A DNA stretch of 64,000 nucleotides from contig CAVVMW010000005.1 of NCBI GenBank assembly GCA_963749495.1, forward strand, positions 256,001-320,000. Reading direction: 5' to 3'. A program made the translations under genes and the position numbers. Positions 12,159 to 23,664 of the stretch are shown piece by piece (the stretch's first letter is position 1; each line of letters begins with the position of its first letter). The notes under the pieces are model-generated. The model was not told where the DNA came from. It made no database searches and saw only the letters and a program-made list of their open reading frames with translations. This stretch comes from an uncultured bacterium. Its GTDB lineage: Bacteria; Verrucomicrobiota; Verrucomicrobiia; Limisphaerales; UBA8199.

Positions 12159-12246
12159 TGACCCAGAGCTGAGCCCAAGGCGTCGACAAGCCCCCAGCCC
12201 ATGATACAGTATTAAATATCTGACGGATAGTTTAACACTATATCAT

Positions 12247-12915
12247 TTGCCTATGACGCCTCCACGGCCCGCGACCGAGCGCCTGGAAAAATTGTTCCAC
12301 CGCCGCAAGTGCTGGATGCTCGACCAACTCGCCGAGGCTCTCGGCTACGCCCTGATCTCGGTGCGCCGCTTCCTCAAGCAGGTCGGCTACTTCAGGAGTT
12401 ACACCCAGAACGGCAAGTGGTACACTCTGCGCGATTCCCCAGACTTTGACCGAGATGGCCTGTGGCACTACAGAGGGATCGGCTTTTCCAAACACGGCAG
12501 TCTCACCGCCACCATTGATCACCTGGTCGGACGCAGCCCCGCCGGACTGTCCGCCAGCGAACTGACCGGGAAGTTGCAACACCCCTGTCACGCCGTTTTG
12601 AGCCAACTGCACAAGGCGGGCCGATTGGATCGTCTCCGGCTCTCAGGCCAGTTTCGCTACCTGGCGGCCGACCCGCACCTCAATCGCCAGCAGCGCGAGC
12701 AAGCCGCCTTCGCGCAAGCCACCAGCCCCACGGCCGCGCTGAGCACGCAAACCGCCCTCTGGGTCTTGGTGGAATACATCAAGGAGCCCGCACTGAGCTT
12801 CGAGCAGATCGCCACCCGGCTCCGAGAGCAACGTAACCTCGCCGTGGCTCCCGAGAGCATCCAGCGCTTCTTCCAGGAACACGGTCTAAAAAAAACGCCC
12901 CAGGCACCCAACTGA
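12247..12915 (+). CDS. IS orfA, HTH-type protein
   Basis: LDQLAEALGYALISVRRFLKQVGYFRSYTQNGKWYTL; ends KKTPQAPN at the slippery A run. Confidence 0.7.
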   Translation: MPMTPPRPATERLEKLFHRRKCWMLDQLAEALGYALISVRRFLKQVGYFRSYTQNGKWYTLRDSPDFDRDGLWHYRGIGFSKHGSLTATIDHLVGRSPAGLSASELTGKLQHPCHAVLSQLHKAGRLDRLRLSGQFRYLAADPHLNRQQREQAAFAQATSPTAALSTQTALWVLVEYIKEPALSFEQIATRLREQRNLAVAPESIQRFFQEHGLKKTPQAPN

Positions 12916-12950
12916 ATACGCTGGCCACCTTCCGGAGTTACCAGGAGAAG

Positions 12951-14735
12951 TTGGCGAGAGAGAGTTCCCCGGCCTGTCTGTTCGCGCAACGGCCTACCGT
13001 GCCCTTTCGGCCCGCCCAAACCGATTGCCCCGACTGTCGGGCGCCGCTCCAGGTTTACAAAACCCAGCGCCGAAGGGTTCAGACCCTGCCGCTGGGCTGC
13101 TTTAGCGCGCACGAAACCCTCCTGCACTGCGAGCACTGCCCCAACGACACCCTCTATGGCGCCGAGTCTCTCAGTCAACTGGTGCCCTCGGGCTGCACCT
13201 TTGGGTACGATGTGCTGGTCTTCGTCGGCCAGGCGCTTTTCTTGCACCAGCGCCGGGCCGAGCAAATCATCGAGGAATTGCAAGCGCACCAGGTTCGGCT
13301 CAGTCCCAGTGAAGTCGGCTATCTGGGAAGAAAGTTCGTCGTCTACCTCGCCCTGGCGCACCGGCAGTCGGCGCCACCCCTCAAGCAAGCCATGCGCGCC
13401 CAAGGCGGTTACATTCTCCATCTGGATGGCACCGGTGAAGGGGGCGGGCCGATGTTGATGAGCAGCCTGGATTCGCTCTCGGAAATCGTGCTGGGCAATG
13501 TGAAGGTGCCCTCGGAAAAGACCGAGCAGATTGTCCCGTTCCTGCAGGAGATCAAGCGCCGCTTTGGGGTGCCGGTGGCGGCCGTCCATGACATGGGCCA
13601 CGGCATCCTGGCGGCAGTCCAGAGGGTGTTTCCCGGCGTGCCGGACTTTGTCTGTCATTTTCATTTTCTGCGCGATGCCGGCAAGGATCTCCTGGAGGCC
13701 GACTATGACGCTATCCGGCAGCGCCTGCGCAAGCATGGCCTGACCGAAAAGCTGCTCTATTACGCTCGCCGGTTCAAAGCTGCCATCGATGAGCAGCCCG
13801 GCTTGGTCGAGAGCTTCTGTCAGGATGTGCAGGGCCACTGTCTGCCGAGCGAGAAGCTGGAGGTCTTTCCGCTGCTCTGTGCCTACGCTCTGATCCAGTG
13901 GGCACTGGAGGGTAAAACCGACGGCCAGGGCTACGGGTTCCCCTTTGATCGGCCTCACGTGCAGTTTGCCAAGCGCCTGCGGGCTCTGGGGCAGGGCTTG
14001 GAACAAATCAAGGACGTTCACCTCCGCGGCCAATGGGCGGACAACAAACCGCTATTCAAGCTGTCCTGTGAACTCAAAGGAATCTACGCCGATGAGGGCC
14101 TGCAAAGAATGCTCACCGCCATCGACCTCAAGATCGCGGTGTTCGACCGACTGCGTAGCGCGATGCGTATTGCCGAAGCCGGCGGAGCCGCTGGTCTCAA
14201 CTCTGGCAGCCGCCCGATGGCTATGGGCCCGATTGAAAAGGCGGTCGAGCACTTCCACCAGGAGATTACCTCCCGTGCCGATTACCCTTCCACCCCCCAC
14301 TGGCAGGCCCTCATCGGGCAGATCGACAAGTATAAAGACAAGCTCTTTGCCGATCCGATCACGGTGAGGACCCCCAGCGGAACACGGCGCCTCCAACCCC
14401 AGCGCACCAACAACCTTATGGAGCGGTTCTTCCGCGATTTTCGGCGAGGAGCTCGCCGCAGAAGCGGGCACAACTCGATCAGCCGCTTGCTCCAAAGCAT
14501 GATCGCCGACACCCCATTGGTCCGAAATCTGGAAAATCCTGGCTGCCTCAAAATCCTGCTCAACGGCCAGGCTACCCTCGAAGAACGCTTTGCCCAGATC
14601 GACGCTCAAACCGTTCGCGAAGAACTGCGGGCGGTTCAAGGCTCCTTGGAGAAAGTACCTCCGCAAATCCGGCAACTGATCGCACTCCCCGCCTTCCCCG
14701 AGGCCATCTGCCGCCTATTTCAGAAAGCCGCCTGA
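12951..14735 (+). CDS. IS orfB, DDE transposase
   Basis: CPDC/CEHC zinc ribbon; LHLDGT, VHDMG, CHFH (CxxH) and RTNNLMERFFR catalytic motifs. Confidence 0.85.
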   Translation: MARESSPACLFAQRPTVPFRPAQTDCPDCRAPLQVYKTQRRRVQTLPLGCFSAHETLLHCEHCPNDTLYGAESLSQLVPSGCTFGYDVLVFVGQALFLHQRRAEQIIEELQAHQVRLSPSEVGYLGRKFVVYLALAHRQSAPPLKQAMRAQGGYILHLDGTGEGGGPMLMSSLDSLSEIVLGNVKVPSEKTEQIVPFLQEIKRRFGVPVAAVHDMGHGILAAVQRVFPGVPDFVCHFHFLRDAGKDLLEADYDAIRQRLRKHGLTEKLLYYARRFKAAIDEQPGLVESFCQDVQGHCLPSEKLEVFPLLCAYALIQWALEGKTDGQGYGFPFDRPHVQFAKRLRALGQGLEQIKDVHLRGQWADNKPLFKLSCELKGIYADEGLQRMLTAIDLKIAVFDRLRSAMRIAEAGGAAGLNSGSRPMAMGPIEKAVEHFHQEITSRADYPSTPHWQALIGQIDKYKDKLFADPITVRTPSGTRRLQPQRTNNLMERFFRDFRRGARRRSGHNSISRLLQSMIADTPLVRNLENPGCLKILLNGQATLEERFAQIDAQTVREELRAVQGSLEKVPPQIRQLIALPAFPEAICRLFQKAA

Positions 14736-14959
14736 CGCACCGATCCAACGGACTTTTGTTTCCATAGCATTCGACTAAAGTCCGCGCTCCCGGTGGTAGT
14801 GCCTGGTCCCGCCTTCAAGTGTCTGCACAGGGCCGAGGTGTCCAGGGGCGAGGCGCGAGCGCCGTTGGCGAGAGCCCGATCCGCCCGCCGGCGCTCCGCA
14901 CGCCAGCCCAGCCGCAACGGCCGCTATGAGACACCGCGGACCAAGCTATGGTCTGACTC

Positions 14960-15100
14960 CGGCTCTCGTCGAACTGCTGAAGGAGAAGGTCGTGAGCTGC
15001 TGCCAGGTCAAGACCGGCAGGGAACTTGCGCCGAGCCAGCGGGCGGCGCTGCGCCAGGCCCTCACCAGCCGTGCGCTCATCCTGACGGGCGGGCCGGGCA
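14960..15100 (+). pseudogene. RecD2/TraA-like helicase fragment
   Basis: LAPSQRAALRQALTSRALILTGGPG, cut just before the Walker A GKT. Confidence 0.6.
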
Positions 15101-15168
15101 TCGTGCTGGGCAACCTGATTGACAGCGGCGTGGGTATTTAACGCCCTCATAAACAATCAGATTCGCAG

Positions 15169-17547
15169 CTACAAGATGGGCGCTCTCGTCTCAACAATGT
15201 CGAGTCCGCGCCAGAATGCAGGATTTATACAGAATAAGGTATCCTCTGGCCCCTTGCTCGCAGACAAGGCCCGCAACTTTTTCATTTCATAGTTTACATT
15301 GTAAATGTAGGAGAACTCTCCACTAGATCGGACAACACCCAACACCCCATACCACATGAGCAATTCGATAACGTGATCATACCCCAACTCGACCACACAG
15401 GCTCCTTTGACCCGCTCAATTACCTGGCTTTTGGTCAGAATATTTGGTGCTTCAATGAACCCATAGAGAATGTCTCGTGCGTCAGGAAATATGTCTTGTA
15501 TTTCGAGGTCAATGTGATTGATCAGGTCTGTAGAATACGCGCCTTCCCCCTGTAGAACGTCATCGGCCTCGATCTTCAGGTGCCCAAGATTGATGGCGTG
15601 ACTCTTGCAGTGACTGAATAGATCAATCAACCCTCGGGGTCGCATCAAACAGCGAGCGATAATGTATTCCGAAGTGTCCTCACCGGAGGCGAGATGCGTC
15701 GTCGCTATGCGCCTCCAAATGGTCTCGAAAGGTGTTTGTTTGTCTGCAATGTTGGAGACAAAGCGGCGGCGAAGAACTTCTCGCAATAATTCAGGATCAG
15801 TCCAATCCAGGGCGATGCGTGAAACCTTTCCTCTGTCGGGCATCGAATCCAGCAAGAGATCAAACACGTCGTTTCGGATGAATACGACTCCATGCGCTGT
15901 CACCTGATGTTGGCGCAAGAACCTATCCAATTTATCAACGGCCTCGATGAGGCAACGCAAACTCAACAAATCATGCTCATCAATGCCATGCGCACGCCAG
16001 CCCTTGTCGATATTATCGAAGAGAATCCACACTTGCTTCATGCGCCCAAGTGCCTGCACAAGATCGTCTCTCAGTGATTTTATGTCGTGTGTGTATAAAA
16101 TGCCGGTAATCGCGTTTCGATCAAGGAACTGTGAACCATCACCTGTCGTCGCTTGCAGGTAAGCGCGGCTGCGATCCTCAATCGCCTCTGTGAGGCGCAG
16201 CATTCGTTCGGCAAAGTCCCCTTCCTGACCCGGTATCCCTTGGACGTAATTACGCTGCAATTTCTCAACAATAGCCGCTAGCTCTGGATCGAACATTCGC
16301 TTGCACCTCACCTTTTCCAGAAACTTCTGACAGATTTCGAGTAGGAGAAGGTATTCCCAGAATGCCGTCATCGTGTGTTCTCGGGTTCCTCGTTCGAGGG
16401 ACTTCAACAACACAGTCTTCAACTTGCGTAGCTGAAACCCCTCGGGGTTGAGGTCTAAAACGAGGTTGCGCGTGTCTGCCCGCACCTTGTTTCTCACCTG
16501 AAAGAAAGCGCGGTCTTGCCAGAGCCTTTGCGTCCTACGACAATGCGAATTTCCCCACGAAGCACCCGGTGATATTCGTCAGTTTGCAGGTAGTAGGCAC
16601 CAAGTTCCGTAAACTCATTTTCAGCGGCGCTCGCACCCACAAAAAGCTCATCAAGCACGCCGTGTCGTTGCATCCCAACCACTGATTCTTCTTGTTGGAG
16701 GCGTTCAGTAATTTGCGGTGCAAACTCGGCAATGAAGGGATTTATCGAATCGAGACTTGTGAACGATCTGACATAATCGCGTAGGTCGAGGGGAATGGGT
16801 TCATCGCCCGCTTGCAGCAGCAATGTCGCCTTTGCCATTCCGTGGGACAACCCCGCGACAAACGCACATCGCAAATTGTGAGCCTTCTCACCCACCCTGT
16901 TGGATGAGAGCAAAGGAAGCACGACGCCATGCGATGCTGCAACATTATCAATTGCGTCTCTGGCCGACAAGCGCCCATGTTCCTCTGGATCGAAGGAGCG
17001 GTAGAACAGTCGTGCCTGCTTCTTCAACCTAGAGAATAGATGAATTTCTGCCTCAGTCTTTTCTCGTGGAGCAATGACATACACGGGTGCTTTACGGTTG
17101 ATCGCGGAGGCGGCGTAAGAGAGCGGGGCGAGATCGGTAAGCCCACAGAGGAAGTCTGATAGTTCGTGCGCGGGGCTGTATTTCATGTAACCTAGTGTGT
17201 CGAAAATGCCGACCTCACGAGTAAGGCGGTCATCGGATATAATCGCCTCATTTAGCACGAGAATCGCCCGCTTTTTTACGCCTATGGCGTAGCCGACCTC
17301 ATAGACGACGTTGAAATTCAGTCGGGTTATGTCTGCAACCAAGAAAGACGTGGTGTCTATCTGATCTCAGGATCGGATCAACCAAGCAGCGACCAGGAAT
17401 ATCATTCGCCTCCCAACTCCTGAGTCGCAAGGAGGGCTTCTGGACGCGCATTTTTTCAATACACGCTCTCACACCTGCGCTGATTTCAGGTGGGTGCGAT
17501 GGATATGCCACAAATGCACTTAACACGTTGGACGATTTTGTATTCAT
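15169..17547 (-). CDS. NDT/TIR-like N-terminal domain(s) fused to a P-loop ATPase (Sll1717/FunZ-like); split by indels near 17370 and 16500
   Basis: AFVAYPS...ADITRLNFNVVYEVGYAIG; Walker A GRKGSGKT; Walker B WILFDNIDKGW; RPRGLI; visibly lower GC. Confidence 0.7.
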
Positions 17548-17801
17548 TTGCTTGGATGTGGGGTCATCAATGTCCGCTCCCGTGGCGGATGGGCCACGTG
17601 GGGATCGGCGGGGCCGGGGTTCAAGCGGGTTTGGTAGGGCTGGCCGGATTGCGCGGCAGTGGCGAGGCCGTCGTAGGTGTCCAGGACGACAAACTTGGCG
17701 CGACAGTAGCCGCGCTGGCTCTCCTCGTGCCGGTTGACGATGATTCCCACCACGTCAGACACAGCCCTGACGACCAGCCGGTTCAGCTCGTTCAGGTTCA
17801 T
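17544..17801 (-). CDS. Hypothetical protein (85 aa) within the defence operon
   Basis: Starts 4 bp after the DUF499 stop; its stop overlaps the next ATG (ATGA). Confidence 0.45.
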   Translation of the reverse strand: MNLNELNRLVVRAVSDVVGIIVNRHEESQRGYCRAKFVVLDTYDGLATAAQSGQPYQTRLNPGPADPHVAHPPRERTLMTPHPSK

Positions 17802-17805
17802 GCTT

Positions 17806-20579
17806 CTACTCCCGCCGAAACATCTGGCCTACGCCCAGCTCCTTCAGCGCGGCGTTCAACTGCTCCAGGGTTTGCGCCTCTTTGAGCTTGGCGCGGACTT
17901 TGACCTCGATTTCCACGTCCTCGGCTTGGGCCAAGCGCGTCAGCACTTTTAGGCTGAAAAGATTCCAATGCTCCCGCATCAACTGGCCTTGCCAGCAGAC
18001 CACCGGCGACTGCGGCTCGGGCGGCGGTTGGCCTGGCCGCTGCCCTGGCGGCGGCTCCACGGGCGGTGTGACCAGCGGCTGCTTGGCTGGCGGCGTCGGG
18101 GGCTTTCCCGTGGGCGGTTCGGCACCCGCCTCCTTCAACGCCTTCGCCTTCTTCACCGTCAGAAGGTACGTCTCGTAGTCGAAGGTGATGTCCGGCAGCT
18201 CGACCGCTTCCTTGAACCACACGCGGTCGAACTGGTTGGCGTCTTTGCCGCAGGCCAGGCCGAGCGTGCCCTGGCTGACCGCGCGCGAAATGGTCTGGCG
18301 CAGGGCGTCTTCGGCCTTTTCCAGCCGCGTGAAATAGCCCTGGAAGAACGCCGCCTTCAGGCTGGCTAACGGCCAGGTGCCAGACTCCTTCAGCGCCGGG
18401 GGCCAGTTCCGCTCGATGTAGGAGGCCCCGATCTCCCGGCTCAACAGGCTTTCATGGCGGAGGCGCGCCAAGATAGCCGACGTGATGCCCTTGGCCTCGC
18501 TGGGATGGAGCTGCCCCAGGGGCACGTCCTTCAACTTGCCCTGGATGGCATCCCACACCAGCAGGTGGTTGTAGCTGCTCCACACCGCTCCTCGATCTGC
18601 GACTTCGCCTCCGACAGCTCGCGCTGGATGCGTTTCAGGTCATCCGGCTCCAAGTCGCCGAGCAGTCCGCGATTGGCATCCTCAACAACCGCCTGCCAGG
18701 CCATCAACTCCTCGCACCCCAACCGCAGCGACCCGCCGCTTTCACAGGCCAGCCACAGCGCGCCGCCCGGATTCTGCCGTGACGACTGGCCGCACTTCCG
18801 CGTCCACTCGACAATACGCTGGCAGAGATTGGACTCCTCGCTGCTATCCCAGGACTCGTCGGGCCGCATCACCGCCAGCGTCAGCATCGCCTGGTCGAGC
18901 ACGTCGGTTGAGTCTTTCGGGAAAAGCGACAGGTGGATTTCCGCGCCGTCCTTAAAGACCGCCTTCACCAGCTCGACAACGTTTCTTTGCACATCGTCAG
19001 GATTGAGCGCCTGCTTCCGGTCGGCATGGACTTTCTTCAACGTCGGGACATGCCCGAAGCGCCAGCCGTCCACGCCCAGGGGCCGGAGGAAGTAGCAGCG
19101 CCGTTCCAGGTTCTGGACGGCGGTGTGAATCAGCGTGGTCTCGGTGTCCGGGTCGCCTGCCGCGAAGTAAAGCTCCGGCAGGTGGGCGGACTTGTCGGTC
19201 TGACCGCCGCAGGACTCGAAGAACAGTGTGGTAGCCACCCGTCGGTGGATTGTGGCTTGGGCGTCCCGCCCAAGGTTCACGGGCGAGACGCCCGTGTCAC
19301 CTCTATATTCCTCGTCCAGCGTTTCAGCGTGGGACGGCGGCTGGCCGGTCGGAGCCGAGATGTCGGCCTGGATTGCCGCCTGGAGGCGTTGCTCGCCCAT
19401 CTGGCGCAGCACGGCTGACAGGAACTCCCGGTCGCCCAATGGCGCGGAGCCGAGGGTCAACAGCGGCTCGCGCCGGGCGCTGCCGTATCCTTCGCGGTAG
19501 GCGCACGAAATCCACATGCCCAGCATCGCCAGGGTGGTGCGGGTCTGCTGGAACTGCGCCAGGGCCTGCCATTTCCGCTGGAAGACCGTCAGCGTGGACG
19601 GGTGGAACGGGTAGCAGGACTCGAACTGCACGCGAATCTGATCCTCCGACAACTGCCCCAACTCGGCGGGCAGCCGGTCACGGCGCTCAAACACCCAACT
19701 GGCAAACTGCCGCGCCACGGCCCGGCGCATACTGTCCCGGCCAGGGTTCTCGAACAGCCGCCGCCGCACGATCTCGCTCACCTCCGAGGCATCGTTCGCC
19801 ACGAGGTCTTTCCCCACCCGCCCGACCACCTTGGTCAGCTTGTCCTGCCACTCGTGCAGCTCCTCGGTCATTTCCGTGGGCGAGGCAGGCAGGCTGAAGA
19901 TGCCGACCGCATTCTGCGCCGAGGTCAGCGCCGTCGTGATGTTCTGCATGAAAGAGTAGAATGCCGTGGACTGTTCGGGATACCGCCCCAGGTAATTCAG
20001 CGTTTCGTCGAACAGGATGAGCACCGGCTTGCCTGCCAGTCGGATCAAGTCGCCCAGCTTCTTGTCGCCGGGGGCCTTCTTCGGCTGGTCGAAAAGCCTC
20101 CGCCCAGCGTCACCGGCCAACTGGTCGGCGATTTCCAGCCAGGGTGTTTCGCGCCCCGGCGAGGCGTCCCAGGAATTGCCGACGAACACGGCAACCTTGG
20201 CCTCCGGGATCGTCTTCAATCCTACCGTCCGCATCATCTCGGCGACCCCGGAGAAGTTCTTCGCCTTGGCCCCGTTCGAGCACATGTGGTACAGCGCCGC
20301 CAGGGTGTGTGTTTTGCCGCCGCCGAACTGGGTGATGAGCGACATCACCGACGCGGTGTTCATGGTCTCCGCGTTCAACCGGCGCAGCACCATGCCGCAG
20401 TGATCCACAAGGGCCTTCGAGAAGTAGTTTCGCGAGAAAAACTTCTCCGGCTCCACGTAGTCGCGGGGTGCCGTGCCGGTGACGACCTGCTCCAGGTGGA
20501 CGGCAAACTCCTTCGGGTCGAGCGACCGGCCTTCGCGCAGTTCTTGGCGGGGGATGACGACTTTATACCAGGGTTCCAT
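17806..20579 (-). CDS. DUF499 AAA+ ATPase; frameshift near 18580
   Basis: MEPWYKVVIPRQEL, TQFGGGKTH, LILFDE, YPFHP, FQQTR. Confidence 0.88.
19252..19300. repeat. REP doublet family B, in frame in the DUF499 gene
   Basis: gtggcttgggcgtcccgcccaag-gtt-cacgggcgagacgcccgtgtcac; encodes GDTGVSPVNLGRDAQAT. Confidence 0.85.
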
Positions 20580-20582
20580 AAA

Positions 20583-23500
20583 TCATTTGACTCCTCTCAT
20601 CGCCGCCTGGACGCCTTCCAGCATCCGGCGCTCGTCGCTGCCTTCTGGATACAGGGCGTTCAGGGCTAGGGCCAGGCGCTCGAAGCGTTTGCCCTGGCGC
20701 ATTTCGGTTTCCAGTACCTGGCGCAGCAGCGTGCTCCGGCCCAAGCCAAATAGGAGCATGGCGCGGTGGATGCGGTCAAGCGTGGTGAAGGTAACTTCGC
20801 CGAGCGGATGGCCCGGCGCGGCCATCTTGCCTTTCTTGGGCTTCGTCGGCAACGCGGCCTCGGTGCGCTTCTTTTCCACGAGGCCCAGTTCGAGCTGCCG
20901 GAAGTCCTCCAGGCTGATTTCGATGCCGGGGCGCTCGGCGGCTTCGCCCAGCAGTTCCTCGGTGCGCTCCTTCGTTGAAAGCAGCCGCACCACGCCCTTT
21001 TCGATTTCCAACACACGCCCTTCCAGGGCCGGATAGTGGATGCCCATCGGGCGGGTGATGCGGATAAAGGTGTCGAACAGCATTGCGAAGCCGGGCTTGG
21101 CCTTCTTCGGCTTTTCCTCGTCCTCCTCGCCGCCAGCATCTTCTTCGGCTTGCTCGGCGGCTTGGGGCTTGGCTGAGCCGTTGACCTTCGTCGCCTGCAA
21201 CGTCCACAGGAATAACGCGGTCAAGCGGGCGTCTTCCTCGAACCCCTCCGTCTCGGCATCACCAAGCACCTGGCGCAGCGCCTCCTTTGACAGCGCCTCG
21301 AACACGTAAGCGAGGAAGCCGCGCTGTTCAGGTTCTATGGCATCAGGGTTGCCGCCGAGAGGCACTTCACGGTCGGCAGCGGTGAGCACCTTGTCATAGC
21401 GGCTGTAGGATTCGAGCGCAGGGCCGAGGCAGGAGAAAATGGCGTCCGCACCCCGAACGCCGTGCCTCTGCAAGGTGGGCAGCCATTCCCGAATCCGTTT
21501 CTCCATCACTGACTTTACTTCAGTCCAGTCCCCAACACCTGCGTCAGCGGGCCGTGGGCGGCAGACAAGGTGAACGCTCGTAGCCAATGCCGCCGAATCC
21601 TGTGCTCTCAAGCGCGAACCCATCTCAGTGGCAATCGGCCATGATGCTGTGATTGCCCACCCAGAGCGCAACATGCCGGACAATAGGGCTTCCCATCCCT
21701 CGGTGGTCTTGTGAGCGAAAACAACACAAGCCACGCCATCATCTCGCGTCACCCTCCTCCCCTCACCGAACACTTTGGTCATCTCCTTTTCAAAGAACGC
21801 GCCGTCCTTCACGCCTTTTTCAAATGTCCGCGTTCCGTCTTGGACAATTTCTTGTGTCTTCGGCGTGAGCGGGTTGGTTAGATCAAATGGGTCACGAAGC
21901 ACCGGATGGTTTGGCAGCGTCCGCTTGAGCCAGACGAAGAAAAAGTCCGAGAGGTCAGAATACGGCAGCGCATCGTAGTATGGCGGGTCGGTGAACCACG
22001 TTGATGCCGCCTGTGGGCCTAGAGGAGACTTGCGTGCGTCCGCCTGCTGTGCTTGGCCAATCGTGCCCCCCGAAGGCCACATTCCCGCAACATCGGAGAT
22101 AAGTTCATATCCGCTCTCCCAGTTCCCCGGAGCATTTGCTGTCGGGACGACCTCGGCGAAGTCCCAGACAATGGGCAAAGCTTGCCTTCCGAACGTGTGC
22201 TGCATTTTCTCGGCGTGAGGGTTCCAGCGCGTGAGTGACATGTTGCTCATGGCAACGCGACTAAACGCTGCTGCAAGCACGGGACGGATATTCTGTGGGA
22301 CTTCAAGTCTATCCAACAGCCGGTTTAGCGTGACCAGTGAGAGCTTCTGTCGTGAAGTGAACAAGTCTCCCCAGTTCAAGATGCCGTAGCGTTGAACGCG
22401 AAAACCCAGAGTGCCGATGGGGGGCAAAGGCTCATTGGGCACTGAATGAGCAGACAACTTCGTCAAAGCGTGCCGCGCTGCTTGAACGGCTGCATAATCT
22501 GTCGCCCTTGCCACCCGGTAGTTTCGCCCAGTCCTCTCCTCATGGACGGTCACCACAGCCAACAACGTCGCGCCGGTCATTCGTCTCCCCTGAGCATCGG
22601 CCAGAGCGTCAGCGCCTCCGTTCTCAGCCGCGAGCTGTGCGCGAACTCGTTCAGCGGGCAGGACTGTATGGCAACACAAGCAGGTCGCGTTGGCACGACT
22701 CACGGTTCCCGCAGAAACCTCCTTTTCATCATTAGGCTCGAAGACTTCAAACACGAGTCGAGCAGGCTCGCCTTGAGGTCGTTCGGTGCGACAGCGGAGT
22801 GCCCGTTTGCGCGCCGATTTATTACAGAGCCAAAATGACCGCACCAACGGAATGTCCGCACCGCAACCAATGCCTTCGCAACGCACCGTCCGCGCCCAAA
22901 GGTAGGCGATGGGGCGGCTGCCGTCCGGGTCGGGCGGATAGAACTGGGCGAGTTCCTTCTCCGCCGCTTCCTTCACCTGCTTGCCCACATGCCGGAGCGC
23001 ATCGGCCAACCCATGCACCACGACTTCCTTCCCGTCCTTGCCAGGCAGGTTGAACTCGGCGTTGCCGTAGCGCGGGATGTCTTCGAGCAGCGTCTTGAGG
23101 ATAAGGCAGGCGACGGGATTGAGGTCACTGGCGAAGGCTTCGCAACCGAGCCGCAGGGCTTCGAGTGGAATGGAGCCGCCGCCTGCGAACGGATCAACCA
23201 CGACCGGCGTTTCCTCCGGGTGCGCGGCCTTCACCAGTCCGCGCCCAATCTCCAGGTAAAGGGCGTTGCCAGCGTTGTCCCAGTCGGCGAACTCGGCGAT
23301 GAATTTGAGCAGCAGCTCGCGCAGGGCAATATCCGTGGCACGGCCATCCTGGCCGTGCGTCTTCACGGGCGTCGCCCCCAGGCTCACGGGCGGGACGCCC
23401 GTGCCACTGTTGCCACTGTAACGCTTCGCCAATAGCTGCCGCGCCTTGGCCTTGAATTCCGGTGGACAGGCCGGGTCGCACGGGTCAGGCAGCAGCAGTC

Positions 23501-23663
23501 CCAGCAGCACCGCCCGGCAAGCCGCCAGCGGGCGCCGCGCCCACCACAGGTGCAGCGTGGACGGATGCCCGTGTCGGATGGACTTCTCCTTTGCCGAGTG
23601 TTCGCTGACCCTGGCGATGGGGAAATCGACCTCGATGAGGCGTTTGCACGTGGTGGGAATCAT
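20583..23663 (-). CDS. DUF1156 amino-methyltransferase (adenine-specific DNA methylase)
   Basis: RLIEVDFP, LHLWWARRPLAACRA, DPFAGGGSIPLEA, TDPPYYD, FAHKTTEGWE. Confidence 0.92.
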   Translation of the reverse strand: MIPTTCKRLIEVDFPIARVSEHSAKEKSIRHGHPSTLHLWWARRPLAACRAVLLGLLLPDPCDPACPPEFKAKARQLLAKRYSGNSGTGVPPVSLGATPVKTHGQDGRATDIALRELLLKFIAEFADWDNAGNALYLEIGRGLVKAAHPEETPVVVDPFAGGGSIPLEALRLGCEAFASDLNPVACLILKTLLEDIPRYGNAEFNLPGKDGKEVVVHGLADALRHVGKQVKEAAEKELAQFYPPDPDGSRPIAYLWARTVRCEGIGCGADIPLVRSFWLCNKSARKRALRCRTERPQGEPARLVFEVFEPNDEKEVSAGTVSRANATCLCCHTVLPAERVRAQLAAENGGADALADAQGRRMTGATLLAVVTVHEERTGRNYRVARATDYAAVQAARHALTKLSAHSVPNEPLPPIGTLGFRVQRYGILNWGDLFTSRQKLSLVTLNRLLDRLEVPQNIRPVLAAAFSRVAMSNMSLTRWNPHAEKMQHTFGRQALPIVWDFAEVVPTANAPGNWESGYELISDVAGMWPSGGTIGQAQQADARKSPLGPQAASTWFTDPPYYDALPYSDLSDFFFVWLKRTLPNHPVLRDPFDLTNPLTPKTQEIVQDGTRTFEKGVKDGAFFEKEMTKVFGEGRRVTRDDGVACVVFAHKTTEGWEALLSGMLRSGWAITASWPIATEMGSRLRAQDSAALATSVHLVCRPRPADAGVGDWTEVKSVMEKRIREWLPTLQRHGVRGADAIFSCLGPALESYSRYDKVLTAADREVPLGGNPDAIEPEQRGFLAYVFEALSKEALRQVLGDAETEGFEEDARLTALFLWTLQATKVNGSAKPQAAEQAEEDAGGEEDEEKPKKAKPGFAMLFDTFIRITRPMGIHYPALEGRVLEIEKGVVRLLSTKERTEELLGEAAERPGIEISLEDFRQLELGLVEKKRTEAALPTKPKKGKMAAPGHPLGEVTFTTLDRIHRAMLLFGLGRSTLLRQVLETEMRQGKRFERLALALNALYPEGSDERRMLEGVQAAMRGVK
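23335..23407. repeat. REP doublet family B, in frame in the DUF1156 gene
   Basis: gtggcacggccatcctggccgtg...cacgggcgggacgcccgtgccac; encodes GTGVPPVSLGATPVKTHGQDGRAT. Confidence 0.85.
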
Positions 23664-23664
23664 C

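Larger units (their letters stand above)
12200..14790 (+). mobile_element. Two-ORF insertion sequence with a Mutator/IS256-like DDE transposase (ends approximate)
   Basis: orfA and orfB overlap at an A8 run; hairpin ggactttt...taaagtcc follows the stop; flanking genes are truncated. Confidence 0.7.
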
